From positions 2,336,001 through 2,400,000 of the forward strand of contig CAWIAD010000002.1 in NCBI GenBank assembly GCA_963833985.1: a stretch of 64,000 bases of DNA. Direction: 5' to 3'. The notes under the pieces are model-generated. The model did no database searches, was not told the DNA's origin, and worked only from the letters and a program-made list of their open reading frames with translations. A program made the position numbers and the translations under genes. This DNA comes from an uncultured Planctomycetaceae bacterium. Its GTDB lineage: Bacteria; Planctomycetota; Planctomycetia; Isosphaerales; Isosphaeraceae. Of the stretch, positions 1 to 8,648 are shown piece by piece; positions within the stretch are counted from its first letter, which is position 1, and each line of letters begins with the position of its first letter.

Positions 1-1154
1 ACGGCCTGCCCCTGGTGCTCGTGCCCGAGAGCGATCCGCGTGCGAACATCACGCACCACACCTTCAACGACGTCCTGCCTCTCTTGATGGGCAAGTACCT
101 GGGGCCCGGGCTGCTGGGCCTGGGCGTCACGGCCATGATTGCCGGCTTCATGTCCGGAATGGCAGGGAACGTCAGCGCCTTCGCCACCGTCTGGACGTAC
201 GACGTTTACCGGACGCTCATTCGCAAGAACGCCAGCGACGCGCACTACCTGAGCATGGGGCGGTGGTGCTCGCTGCTGGGAGTGCTGATGTCCATTGGCA
301 CGGCTTATGCATTGTTCTTCTTTTCAAACATCCTTGAATTCTTGCAGGTGCTGATCTTCTTCTTCATCGTGCCGCTTTTTGGTGTGGTGATCATGGGGAT
401 GCTCTGGAAGCGGGCAACGCCGACGGGGGCGTTCGTGGGCTTTTTCAGCGCGATCGCCGTTTCGATGGCCATGTGGGTTTACGTGCACAGCTTCCCGGAA
501 GGATACAGGCCCCTTCCCCAGGCGGTAGTGGGTCCGGGTTCGGTCGTCCGCGTCGAGAGGTCCGGAGCCGGCGACGAGACGATTTCCCGGGTGATCATCG
601 AGCAAGGGACCGTGCAGACCACGAACGTGCCGGTGGGCGCGGAAGCTCAAGCCGGCGGCGCCAGGTCGGTTATTTCGGTCGACCGAGAGCAAACGCTCCC
701 AGGGCACATCGAGCAAGGTGGCGCAATGGCCGAGCTGCGGCTGCTGGCTCCGGACGTGGTTCTGGCCGGGTCCAGGCAGCCGGACAGGTTTGGCATCGAG
801 GGCGTTCCGGTGGTGCTTATGCCAGGCGTCGAGGTGCAGGCCGCGGAAGTCCGGCAGACGTTCAACCCCGCGGAATTCAACCCGGCGCACACACGATACA
901 TCGCCCGGTCCGAGAAAGCCAAGCCCATGGCTGTGAACATGTACAGTGCGTTCTGGACGCTGCTGCTCTGCGTTTCCGTGCTCTGCGGCGTGAGCCTGCT
1001 CACCGAGCCGAAGCCCGAGAGCCAGTTGCAGAATCTGGTCATGGGTCTGACGCCCTTGCCCGACGACGGCGCAGCTCCCTGGTACAAACAGCCGAAGCTC
1101 TGGGCCACGGCCGTTCTGATTGTCCTGATCGCCATCAACGTGATCTTCTGGTGA
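1..1154 (+). CDS. Sodium:solute symporter (SSS family), 5'-truncated by window edge
   Basis: Multi-TM ORF with SSS-type motifs (GLGVTAMIAGFMSGMAGNVSAFATVWTYDVYR; LWKRATPTGAF; SLLTEPKPESQLQNLVMGLT); stop at 1154. Confidence 0.9.
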   Translation, partial: GLPLVLVPESDPRANITHHTFNDVLPLLMGKYLGPGLLGLGVTAMIAGFMSGMAGNVSAFATVWTYDVYRTLIRKNASDAHYLSMGRWCSLLGVLMSIGTAYALFFFSNILEFLQVLIFFFIVPLFGVVIMGMLWKRATPTGAFVGFFSAIAVSMAMWVYVHSFPEGYRPLPQAVVGPGSVVRVERSGAGDETISRVIIEQGTVQTTNVPVGAEAQAGGARSVISVDREQTLPGHIEQGGAMAELRLLAPDVVLAGSRQPDRFGIEGVPVVLMPGVEVQAAEVRQTFNPAEFNPAHTRYIARSEKAKPMAVNMYSAFWTLLLCVSVLCGVSLLTEPKPESQLQNLVMGLTPLPDDGAAPWYKQPKLWATAVLIVLIAINVIFW

Positions 1155-1162
1155 ACCGGAAC

Positions 1163-1390
1163 ATGCACGACGAAAACCAAATCCCCATCTGGTTCTTCAT
1201 CGGCGGCCTGCTGCTGATCTATGGCATTCTCATCACCGCCGCCGGGCTTTACGCTCTGGTGGTGCCGCCTCCGATGGAGACGCGAGTTGCCCTTTACCAG
1301 TTCCACGCCGACATCTGGTGGGGCGGCTTGATGACCATTGTCGGCGCGCTTTACTGCATCAAGTTCCGGCCGTGGCGCGAGCCCCGCTGA
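1163..1390 (+). CDS. Small 2-TM membrane protein (75 aa), companion of the SSS gene
   Basis: ATG 8 nt after SSS stop; MHDENQIPIWFFIGGLLLIYGILI...HADIWWGGLMTIVGALY; two hydrophobic helices. Confidence 0.8.
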   Translation: MHDENQIPIWFFIGGLLLIYGILITAAGLYALVVPPPMETRVALYQFHADIWWGGLMTIVGALYCIKFRPWREPR

Positions 1391-1560
1391 AACTCATCAG
1401 ACAGGACGCGCGAGGAAGCACCGATCAAGCCCGGTCGTCCATGGATGCGTGATGCGCTTGTGTGTTGGGATCGATGTTGGCGGCAGGGTTGGCTGTTGCG
1501 CCGTGACGCGAGGCGAACGCGGATTGTCCCATTGGACATTCGCGTGCTTCCAAGCTTCAA

Positions 1561-1589
1561 TTGACAGTCCTCTGGCACCCCCATAGTAT
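1561..1589 (+). promoter_or_regulatory. Sigma70-type promoter
   Basis: TTGACA (1561-1566) - 17 bp - TAGTAT (1584-1589), directly upstream of a structured non-coding segment. Confidence 0.75.
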
Positions 1590-1595
1590 GCGGGC

Positions 1596-1849
1596 GCCGG
1601 GGCGTGGGGCAGCGACCGCCGGGCGACTCAGGAGATGCTTTCAAGCGAAAGTCCAGGACCTACTCAGGGAGTGAACAGGGAGACGATCCCGGAGTTGCCG
1701 GGAGAATCGTCATCAGTCGTTCAGGTGGACGGCGAGCGAATCTTCGTGTCCATCGCCAGCAAGGTGAGGGCGCCAGAGCCGCCGATAAGAAGCGTCAGTC
1801 GTCGAGCGAGCCGATGAACGCTCTCGAACCGGTTGTCCTGCCCACTCGC
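1596..1849 (+). ncRNA. Structured non-coding RNA, probably 6S RNA (ssrS)-like
   Basis: Nested long-range pairings read by eye: 1607-1612/1838-1843, 1613-1618/1830-1835, 1622-1628/1797-1803, 1634-1641/1789-1796, central bubble, 1658-1661/1762-1765, 1672-1676/1719-1723, 1682-1687/1706-1711, 1688-1692/1698-1702; no credible ORF; strong promoter upstream. Confidence 0.6.
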
Positions 1850-1947
1850 ACAAGGAAGTGCCGTCGCGAATGCCCAGTCTCACTCACCGTAAACCAAAGC
1901 GGCGCCAATATCTCCGGCAGCATCGGGTCGTCCGGCGAGATCCGGTT

Positions 1948-3445
1948 ATGCCGCCGCCCGGCCGTACCGAAACGGTCACGGGACGGAAGATCGCCTCCAA
2001 TTTCGCGTTTCTCAGCCTGGCCGAACTGATCTGCCGAGCCACGTCGGTGATCGTGAGCCTGTCGCTGATGAAACGGCTGGGTGTGGTCGGTTACGGGCGA
2101 ATCGAGTTCGCCTTCAACGTGGTCTTCTGGCTGGTGCTCCTTGTTCGCGATAGCAGCGACGTGATCGTGGCGCGCGAACTCTCCCGGCATCCGCGGCTCA
2201 TCAGACCCCTGGTCGACCGCGTGCTGGCACTCAAGGGTCTCTTTTCGCTGGTTCTTTTCTCCGGTCTGACCGTGGTCGGCACGCTCACCTTGAAGGACAG
2301 CACGGACTGGCGGGTGCTGACCCTGTACGGACTTTTGCTGTTCACCACGGCGAGCGGGCTGGACTTCGTGTATCGCGGCACGGAATGCATGGGCTTGCTG
2401 GCGATCTCGCTGAGCTTGCGGACCTTCGTGTATGCCGCGGCAGTGCTTTCTTGGGTTACGGGGGCGACACAGATTGTCTGGGTGCCGATCTGGCTGGCCG
2501 TGGGCGAAGCCAGCGGGATTGCCCTGGTCTGGATGCACTACCTGTCGCGGCACCGCATGCCCCGGCCGAGACTCGGATTTCGGTTCCTCTCGATCATCAT
2601 CCAGCGCGGGCGCACTGTCTGTGTGATCCAGCTTTCGCAAGCCGTGATCAGCACGGCCGACCTGATGGTCGTGGGCCTTTTGAGGCTCGTGGTGGGACGT
2701 CGGACGCTACGGCGCCCCGCACCGCATGGTGACGGCGCTTTTGACCTTCGGGCTGATCTTCCAGCAGGCGGCGTTCCCCACCTTGTCAAGACTGTGGCGG
2801 CATACCGCGGAGGCCGGTCGCGAAGCGCTGGACTCGCTGGTCGAGGTGCTTGTCACCGCGCTCTTGCCCGTGGCGATCGGCACGACAGTGCTGGCGGAGT
2901 CTCTGGTCCGGCTGCTTCCAGAGGATTATGCCGGAGCGGGTCTCTTGCTGGCGCTTGGAATCTGGCGTGCGCCGCTGCTGATTCTTGCGTTCCTGTACCA
3001 GACCACGCTGATCGCACTGAATCGCGAGACGGTCGGTGTTCGCTCGTTGGTGCTTGCGGCGCTGGGTATCGGGCCGGTCGTCGCGCTTTTGCGCATTTAC
3101 GTGGGGCTGCCGGGGGCGGCCGCGGGCGTGATCTTGATCGCCCTGGCCCTGGTGGTTGCAGGCTACGCCAGTCTGGCACGCGAGGGGCGGCATCCCGCCT
3201 GGCACCATCACCTGGCTCGGCCACTGATTGCGTCGGCGGTGATGGTGCCGGTCTGCCTGGTTCTGGTGCGCTGGCACGTGCTGCTGGCGGTACTGGGTGG
3301 GGCGCTGGCTTACGTTCTGGTGCTGGTCAGCCTGGGCGGGCTGAATCGGACGCGGCTGTGGCGTTCCGCGCTGCATCCGACGGGTGTGCCTGTTCCGGCA
3401 GCGGCTGTGGCCTGTCCGGCCAGCAGTCCTCGAAGAGTACGTTGA
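1948..3445 (+). CDS. Wzx/MOP-type oligosaccharide flippase (one frameshift near 2684)
   Basis: KIASNFAFLSLAE...LGVVGYG N-terminus; removing one base near 2684 gives ADLMVVGLL..DVGRYGAPHRMV joining ORF 2726-3445; many TM segments. Confidence 0.85.
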
Positions 3446-3497
3446 GCAGAGCCGGCACGCAGGCAGTGATCGAGCGTTGCGCGACAGGAGGTCGCTG

Positions 3498-4820
3498 TTG
3501 AAATTCTGCATGGTCACCACGTTTTTCGGCGGTCATAGTTTCGGCGGCGACGCGGCCTATGTGGACCGGCTTTGCCAGGCACTCTGTCGACGTGGCCACG
3601 AGGTTCATGTCTACTACTGCGTGGACGCGTTCAGCGCCGTGCGCGGCACCCACCCGTTGCGCGAGTACACGCCCCATCCCGGCTTGCATTTGCATCCTCT
3701 GAAAAGCAGTTACGGCATCCTTTCTCCGCTGGCGACACAGGCGACGGGGCTGCCCTTGTTCAAGTCCCGGGCCCTGCGAGCGGCCCTTGACTGCCCAGAC
3801 ACCGACGTCGTGCATTTCCACAACATCTCCCTGGTGGGCGGACCAGGTGTGCTGGGCCTGGGGACGAACCGGCGTGCCGTCCGGATCATGACCGCACATG
3901 AGCACTGGCTGATCTGCCCCATGCATCTGCTCTGGAAATACGATCGCCGGCCCTGCGACGGCCCGAGTTGCGTTCGTTGCAGCCTGGCGGGGAGGCGGCC
4001 TCCGCAGGCCTGGCGCTTGACCGGGGCGATCGGCCGCGGTCTGCGGCAGCTTGACGGCCTGATCTTTCCCAGCCGGCATGCTCTGGAGGAGCACCGGAGA
4101 CGGGGCATCGGCGCGGAGGTGCCGCTGGTGCACCTGCCTTATTTCTTGCCCGACGACTGGTCGCAGGGAATCGAGGACGAGGAGCCCGAGCCAACCCGCC
4201 GGCCTTACCTGGCAGCCGCGGGACGGCTGGTGGCGATGAAAGGGTTTCAACGCCTGATTCCCATGATGAAGTACCTGCCGGAGGCCGACCTGCGGATTGC
4301 GGGCACCGGACCCTATGAACCGGCCCTGCGGGCGCTGGCTGAGGGATTGCCGAACGTGTTCTTCGAGGGACTGCTGGGCGGCGCCCGACTGGCCAGGCTT
4401 TTTCGGGGGGCGCGGGCCGTGGTGGTGCCATCGCTGTTTCCCGAAACCTTCGGTTACGTGGTGCTGGAGGCGTTCGCGGTGGGAACCCCCGTGGTGGTGC
4501 ACGAGGCCGGAGGGGCACTCCTGGAGACCGGCGTCCACAGTGGAGGTGGGCTGGGTTACCGGAATGACGGTGAGATGCTGCTGGCCCTGCGGCGGATGAT
4601 TCACGATGACGAGCTCCGCGCCGAGCTTGCGGCCCACGGTTTTGCTCAGCGGATCGGCGAATGGTCGGAGACCGAGCACATTCATCGTTACTTCGAGTGG
4701 ATTGGCCACTACCGCGAGATCCGGGGCGTTCCGGAGATTTACCGGCCGCATCGCGTGGGCACCGTCGCGGCCGAGTCGGAGCGGCCGCTGGCCAGCTTGC
4801 GGAGACCGCGGGACGCATGA
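3498..4820 (+). CDS. Glycosyltransferase family 4 (GT-B)
   Basis: AGGAGG RBS then TTG at 3498; GG motif, DVVHFHN, GRLVAMKG, VVPSLFPETFGYVVLEAFAVGTPVV (EX7E). Confidence 0.9.
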   Translation: MKFCMVTTFFGGHSFGGDAAYVDRLCQALCRRGHEVHVYYCVDAFSAVRGTHPLREYTPHPGLHLHPLKSSYGILSPLATQATGLPLFKSRALRAALDCPDTDVVHFHNISLVGGPGVLGLGTNRRAVRIMTAHEHWLICPMHLLWKYDRRPCDGPSCVRCSLAGRRPPQAWRLTGAIGRGLRQLDGLIFPSRHALEEHRRRGIGAEVPLVHLPYFLPDDWSQGIEDEEPEPTRRPYLAAAGRLVAMKGFQRLIPMMKYLPEADLRIAGTGPYEPALRALAEGLPNVFFEGLLGGARLARLFRGARAVVVPSLFPETFGYVVLEAFAVGTPVVVHEAGGALLETGVHSGGGLGYRNDGEMLLALRRMIHDDELRAELAAHGFAQRIGEWSETEHIHRYFEWIGHYREIRGVPEIYRPHRVGTVAAESERPLASLRRPRDA

Positions 4821-7391
4821 GGCGGATCGGCCTGGCCCTGGCTTCCTGCTTGGTCTTGCTGCTCCTCGGGGCCGCCTGCTTCGTGCGGCTGCTGGCGAGC
4901 CCCTGCTGCCTGATTGCCGACGCCGAACGCCCCAGCGTGGATTACGCCAACCACGGCGACGATCGCGGCCTGGGCAACGACGCCACCTTCGTCTTCCTTC
5001 CTCGTCATCTCTACGTGGCCAAGGTGCTCTCCGAGTTCGGCCACCTGCCGGCATGGGACAGCGCCGGGTTTGGCGGCCGGCCGATCATTGGCAACCCGCA
5101 GAGCGGCATCTTCTATCCGCCGGTCTGGATCTGCTGGGTTTTTCCGCACCCCGCCGTCCTGGGCTGGCTGACGTTCGGGCATCTGCTCGGAGCCGGGCTG
5201 GGAGTGTACGTGCTGGCACGAAGCCAGTACCTGGAACGCTGGCCGGCCGTCGTTGCGGCAGGTGTCTTTCAGGCCGCTCCATACCTTCTGGCGCAGACGT
5301 TCGAGGGCCATTATCCGCACGTCTGGTCGGCCTGCTGGTATCCCTGGGCCTTCTGGGCCTGTGCCAGAAGCCGGGCTGGTGATGTGCGCGGCCTGCTGGC
5401 CCTTCCGCTGGTGCTGGCCATGACCTATCTCACAGGGCACCCGCAGGAGTGGCTCCAGCTCCTGACCGCGCTGACGGTCTGGGTGCTGGTCGATGCGGTG
5501 AGCCTGTACCGCAAGGGACGCGAGGGGAAGGCGGCCGCGGTGCGGTCGGTCCTCGCCTGGACCGGCATCGTGGCGCTTGGCCTGGGCTTGGTTGCGGTGG
5601 ATCTGGAGCCCGCGCGCCGGCTCCTGCCCTGGACTCAGAGCCCGTCATTGGCTCAGGCCGGATCGTCCCAGCCGCGCAACTACCAGCTCCATTACCTCAA
5701 TGGACTGCAACTGCTCTCGGTGGAAGCGCTGGGAGGTCCCGCGGATTATCTCGGCGTGGACAACTTCTGGGAGTCCGTCCTGGCGTACGGCCTGATCGCG
5801 CTGGTGCTGAGCGTGGTTGCGATGATCTCCTCGCCCCGCCGGAGGCCCGTGCGCGGCTGGACCCTGCTGGCCGTTCTTTCCATCTGGTTCGCGGCCGGGC
5901 GGCAATCCGCGATCTACCACGTGCTTTGCAGCGTTCTGCCCGCGCTGGCCTGGTTTCGAGTGCCGGCACGTTCGCTTTTCCTGGCGTCGCTGGCCGTGGC
6001 GATGCTTTCGGGCTTCGGGGTCGAGACCCTGCGGAGCGCGCTGGTCGAGCGCGCGCCCTGGCGGGGGTTCGCGGCGCGCCTGCTCAGGGCGGGGGGCGCG
6101 GTACTTGTGCTCCTGGCCACGGGCAGGCAACTGGCCCTCTTTTGCCTGGTGGGCACGGCCAGCCTGAACCTCTCCGAGGTACAATCCGCAAGGAAAGGCC
6201 GGGAATGGGATGAGCCGGCTGCGCTGGTGGCCGCCCGGTACGCTCCGGACGTCTGGCGCGCCTGCCAGGCCACCGATCGCCTGCTGCACGATCGCGTCTT
6301 CTGGATCACCGGTCTGGCTCTGAGCGGCGCCGTGGGCGCCGGTTGCCTGGCGGCCACACGAACGGGCCGGTCGCGCATGGCAGACCTGATCGGCCTGCTG
6401 GCGCTCTGCGAGCTGGCATGGCACGGCCAGGCACTCTTGAAGGTGGCACCGGCGGACCTCTTCTTTCAACCCGACCCCGTGAGCGAAAGCCTGATTTTGA
6501 ACAGCGGCCACGAGGCGTTCGCCGGTCCCCTGCGCGTCCGTGCGCGCGACGCCTTCTTCCTCGATCTCCAGGCCGTCCGCTACGGAATCGAGAAGACCAA
6601 CGTGAATGATGTGTTCCAGATCCAGGCTGCGGCGTACCTTTACAAGACCCTGTACCCGGTTGCCGTGCGCACAGCCACTCTTCGAAGAGCCCATGTCGTT
6701 GGCCGTGGACGACCGTCGCCGGCGGATCCGCCAGGGAGTATTCGACCGCATGGGGGTTGCGGCACTGGTGTCCGATCGCGTTGAACCCGACCCGCCCTGG
6801 CCGGTGCGCTCGCGGGGTCAAATCCGGGGACGAGACTACGTCATCCAGGAAAACCCGGCAGCATTACCGAGGGCGTACGTGGTTCCACGGGCGGAGGTTG
6901 AGAAGGACGAACCGGCACTCATGCTGGCGCGGTTCACGTCGGTCGATCCCCGCGCCGCGGTACTGATGGCTCACGATCCGCTGGCCGGTTTACCCGGCGG
7001 CGACCGTCAGCCGTTCGCACCCGCCTCATGGCTATCGCGTGACCCGGACCATCCTCGCCTGGAGGTCTCCACCACCGCTCCATGTCTGCTGGTGATCTCC
7101 GACACCTGGCTGCCGGGCTGGTCGGCGCAGGTTGACGGCAAGCCGGCCCCCGTGTTCCGGGGCAATCTGGCGCAGCGTGTCATTCCGATTGGAGGCCCGG
7201 GACGGCACCGTGTCGATCTGCACTACAGTCCGCCAGGCCTGAAGCTCGGCGGCCTGATCACGGCGGGCTCGGCCCTCATCTGGACGGTGCTCGGGTTGCT
7301 CGCGGTCCGGCGGCGCCGGCAGTCGGCAACGATCAAGGCTCTCCCCGAGCGTCACGCAGCGAGTGTGGCCGCCCCGCTCCCGGAGCATTGA
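4817..7391 (+). CDS. YfhO-family (GT-C-like) polytopic membrane protein (one frameshift near 6670)
   Basis: ATGA overlap with GT4; LPAWD...GGRPIIGNPQSGIFYP, GHPQ, FRVPAR; second frame has NPAALPRAY and LLVISDTWLPGWSAQVDGKP...V.L.YSP typical of YfhO C-termini. Confidence 0.85.
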
Positions 7392-7478
7392 CGGCCCCGT
7401 TGTCGGCTGGCACGATGAACGTTCGCGTGCAAGTGGCGGGCCTCCATCCCGAGTCGACGTTCCGCGGGAACCCACGTC

Positions 7479-7928
7479 ATGTCCGAGCACCATGCGACGA
7501 TTCTCTGGAAGCGGGAGACGGCGGATTTCGCGTACGAGACCTACAATCGCGAGCATGACTGGCAATTCGACGCGGGCATCACGGTACGCGCCTCGGCGGC
7601 CCCGGAGTACAAGGGGATCGAGTCGTGCGTCGATCCCGAGGAGGCGTTTGTCGCCAGCCTGTCGAGCTGCCACATGCTCACCTTCCTGGCGATTGCCGCT
7701 CGCAAGCGTCTGACGGTGGACAGCTACCGCGACGCGGCTGTGGGCATCTTGGCCAGGGACGCGGCCGGCAAGCTGGCCATCACCCGGGTCACGCTCCGTC
7801 CCGAGGTGCACTTTCAAGGGGAACCGCAGCCGACCTCCGAGGAACTTCGGAAGCTGCATGACCAGGCCCACCACGCTTGCTTCATCGCCAGCTCGGTGAA
7901 GACCGAGGTGATCGTGGAAATCGCCTGA
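7479..7928 (+). CDS. OsmC/Ohr family protein
   Basis: VDPEEAFVASLSSCHMLTFL and AHHACFIASSVKTEV with the two family cysteines. Confidence 0.92.
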   Translation: MSEHHATILWKRETADFAYETYNREHDWQFDAGITVRASAAPEYKGIESCVDPEEAFVASLSSCHMLTFLAIAARKRLTVDSYRDAAVGILARDAAGKLAITRVTLRPEVHFQGEPQPTSEELRKLHDQAHHACFIASSVKTEVIVEIA

Positions 7929-7971
7929 GCGGCAAGGCGACACCGTTCCGGCGATCCGCATCTCTTCCGAT

Positions 7972-8526
7972 TCACTTCGCCCGGGTCACAAGCTCGCGGA
8001 CGCGCTGCTTGAGGATACGCAACTCGACGGCCCTGCCGAATCCTACATTGTCCGTACCTGAATTCCTCACGAAGGGCATGCCATCGGGAAGGACGACGTC
8101 CATGAAGAATGTGACGTATGCCTTGCCGTCGATGTTCGTGAGGGGCATCCGGCCGCGCCCGGCCCAGACGATGTGCCAGCCGACTGATTTGTCTTGAGCG
8201 AGAAACAGCAGGACGGTCTCTCCGGGCTCGGCTCCGGTGATGTCGCAGATCCATTGCGGCGTCACGGAGTACTCGATGGTTTCCCTCTTCGCGCCTTTCC
8301 AGACCTCGACCACTGACGCCAGGGCGCGGACCCTGCCATCGTCGGGCCGAACTCCCACCGACCGCACTTTCGCGACCAGGATCGCCTCACTTTCGCTCAC
8401 AAGATCCGAGATCTTTGGGGGCACGACCGATAGCGCTCCCGCAGCGGCTGGAGCTTGCCCCACTCCGCGGCAAAGCCAGACCAGAGAGAAGATGACAGCC
8501 AGGCGACCACATCGTTGGAAGTTCAT
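7972..8526 (-). CDS. Secreted hypothetical protein (possible OB/NTR-like beta fold)
   Basis: GAGGGAGG RBS, signal-peptide-like N-terminus, ISDLVSESEAILVAKV...VVEVWKG...GETVLLFL pattern. Confidence 0.65.
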   Translation of the reverse strand: MNFQRCGRLAVIFSLVWLCRGVGQAPAAAGALSVVPPKISDLVSESEAILVAKVRSVGVRPDDGRVRALASVVEVWKGAKRETIEYSVTPQWICDITGAEPGETVLLFLAQDKSVGWHIVWAGRGRMPLTNIDGKAYVTFFMDVVLPDGMPFVRNSGTDNVGFGRAVELRILKQRVRELVTRAK

Positions 8527-8648
8527 AGCGACCCTCCCTCGGACCGATAGACGCAAGAGCCTCGTGGATTACTGCGGTCAGTCGTTGCCATTTCACTCCG
8601 CGAAGCATCCATCATGCGATTATTCGTGTTCCAGAATAATCTTCGAGA

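Noticed and set aside
1640..1845. RNase P RNA, suggested by GAAAGTCC at 1647-1654
   Set aside because: Lacks the preceding GAG, the AGUGCAACAGAAA and ACAGAACCCGGCUUA conserved regions, and is too short
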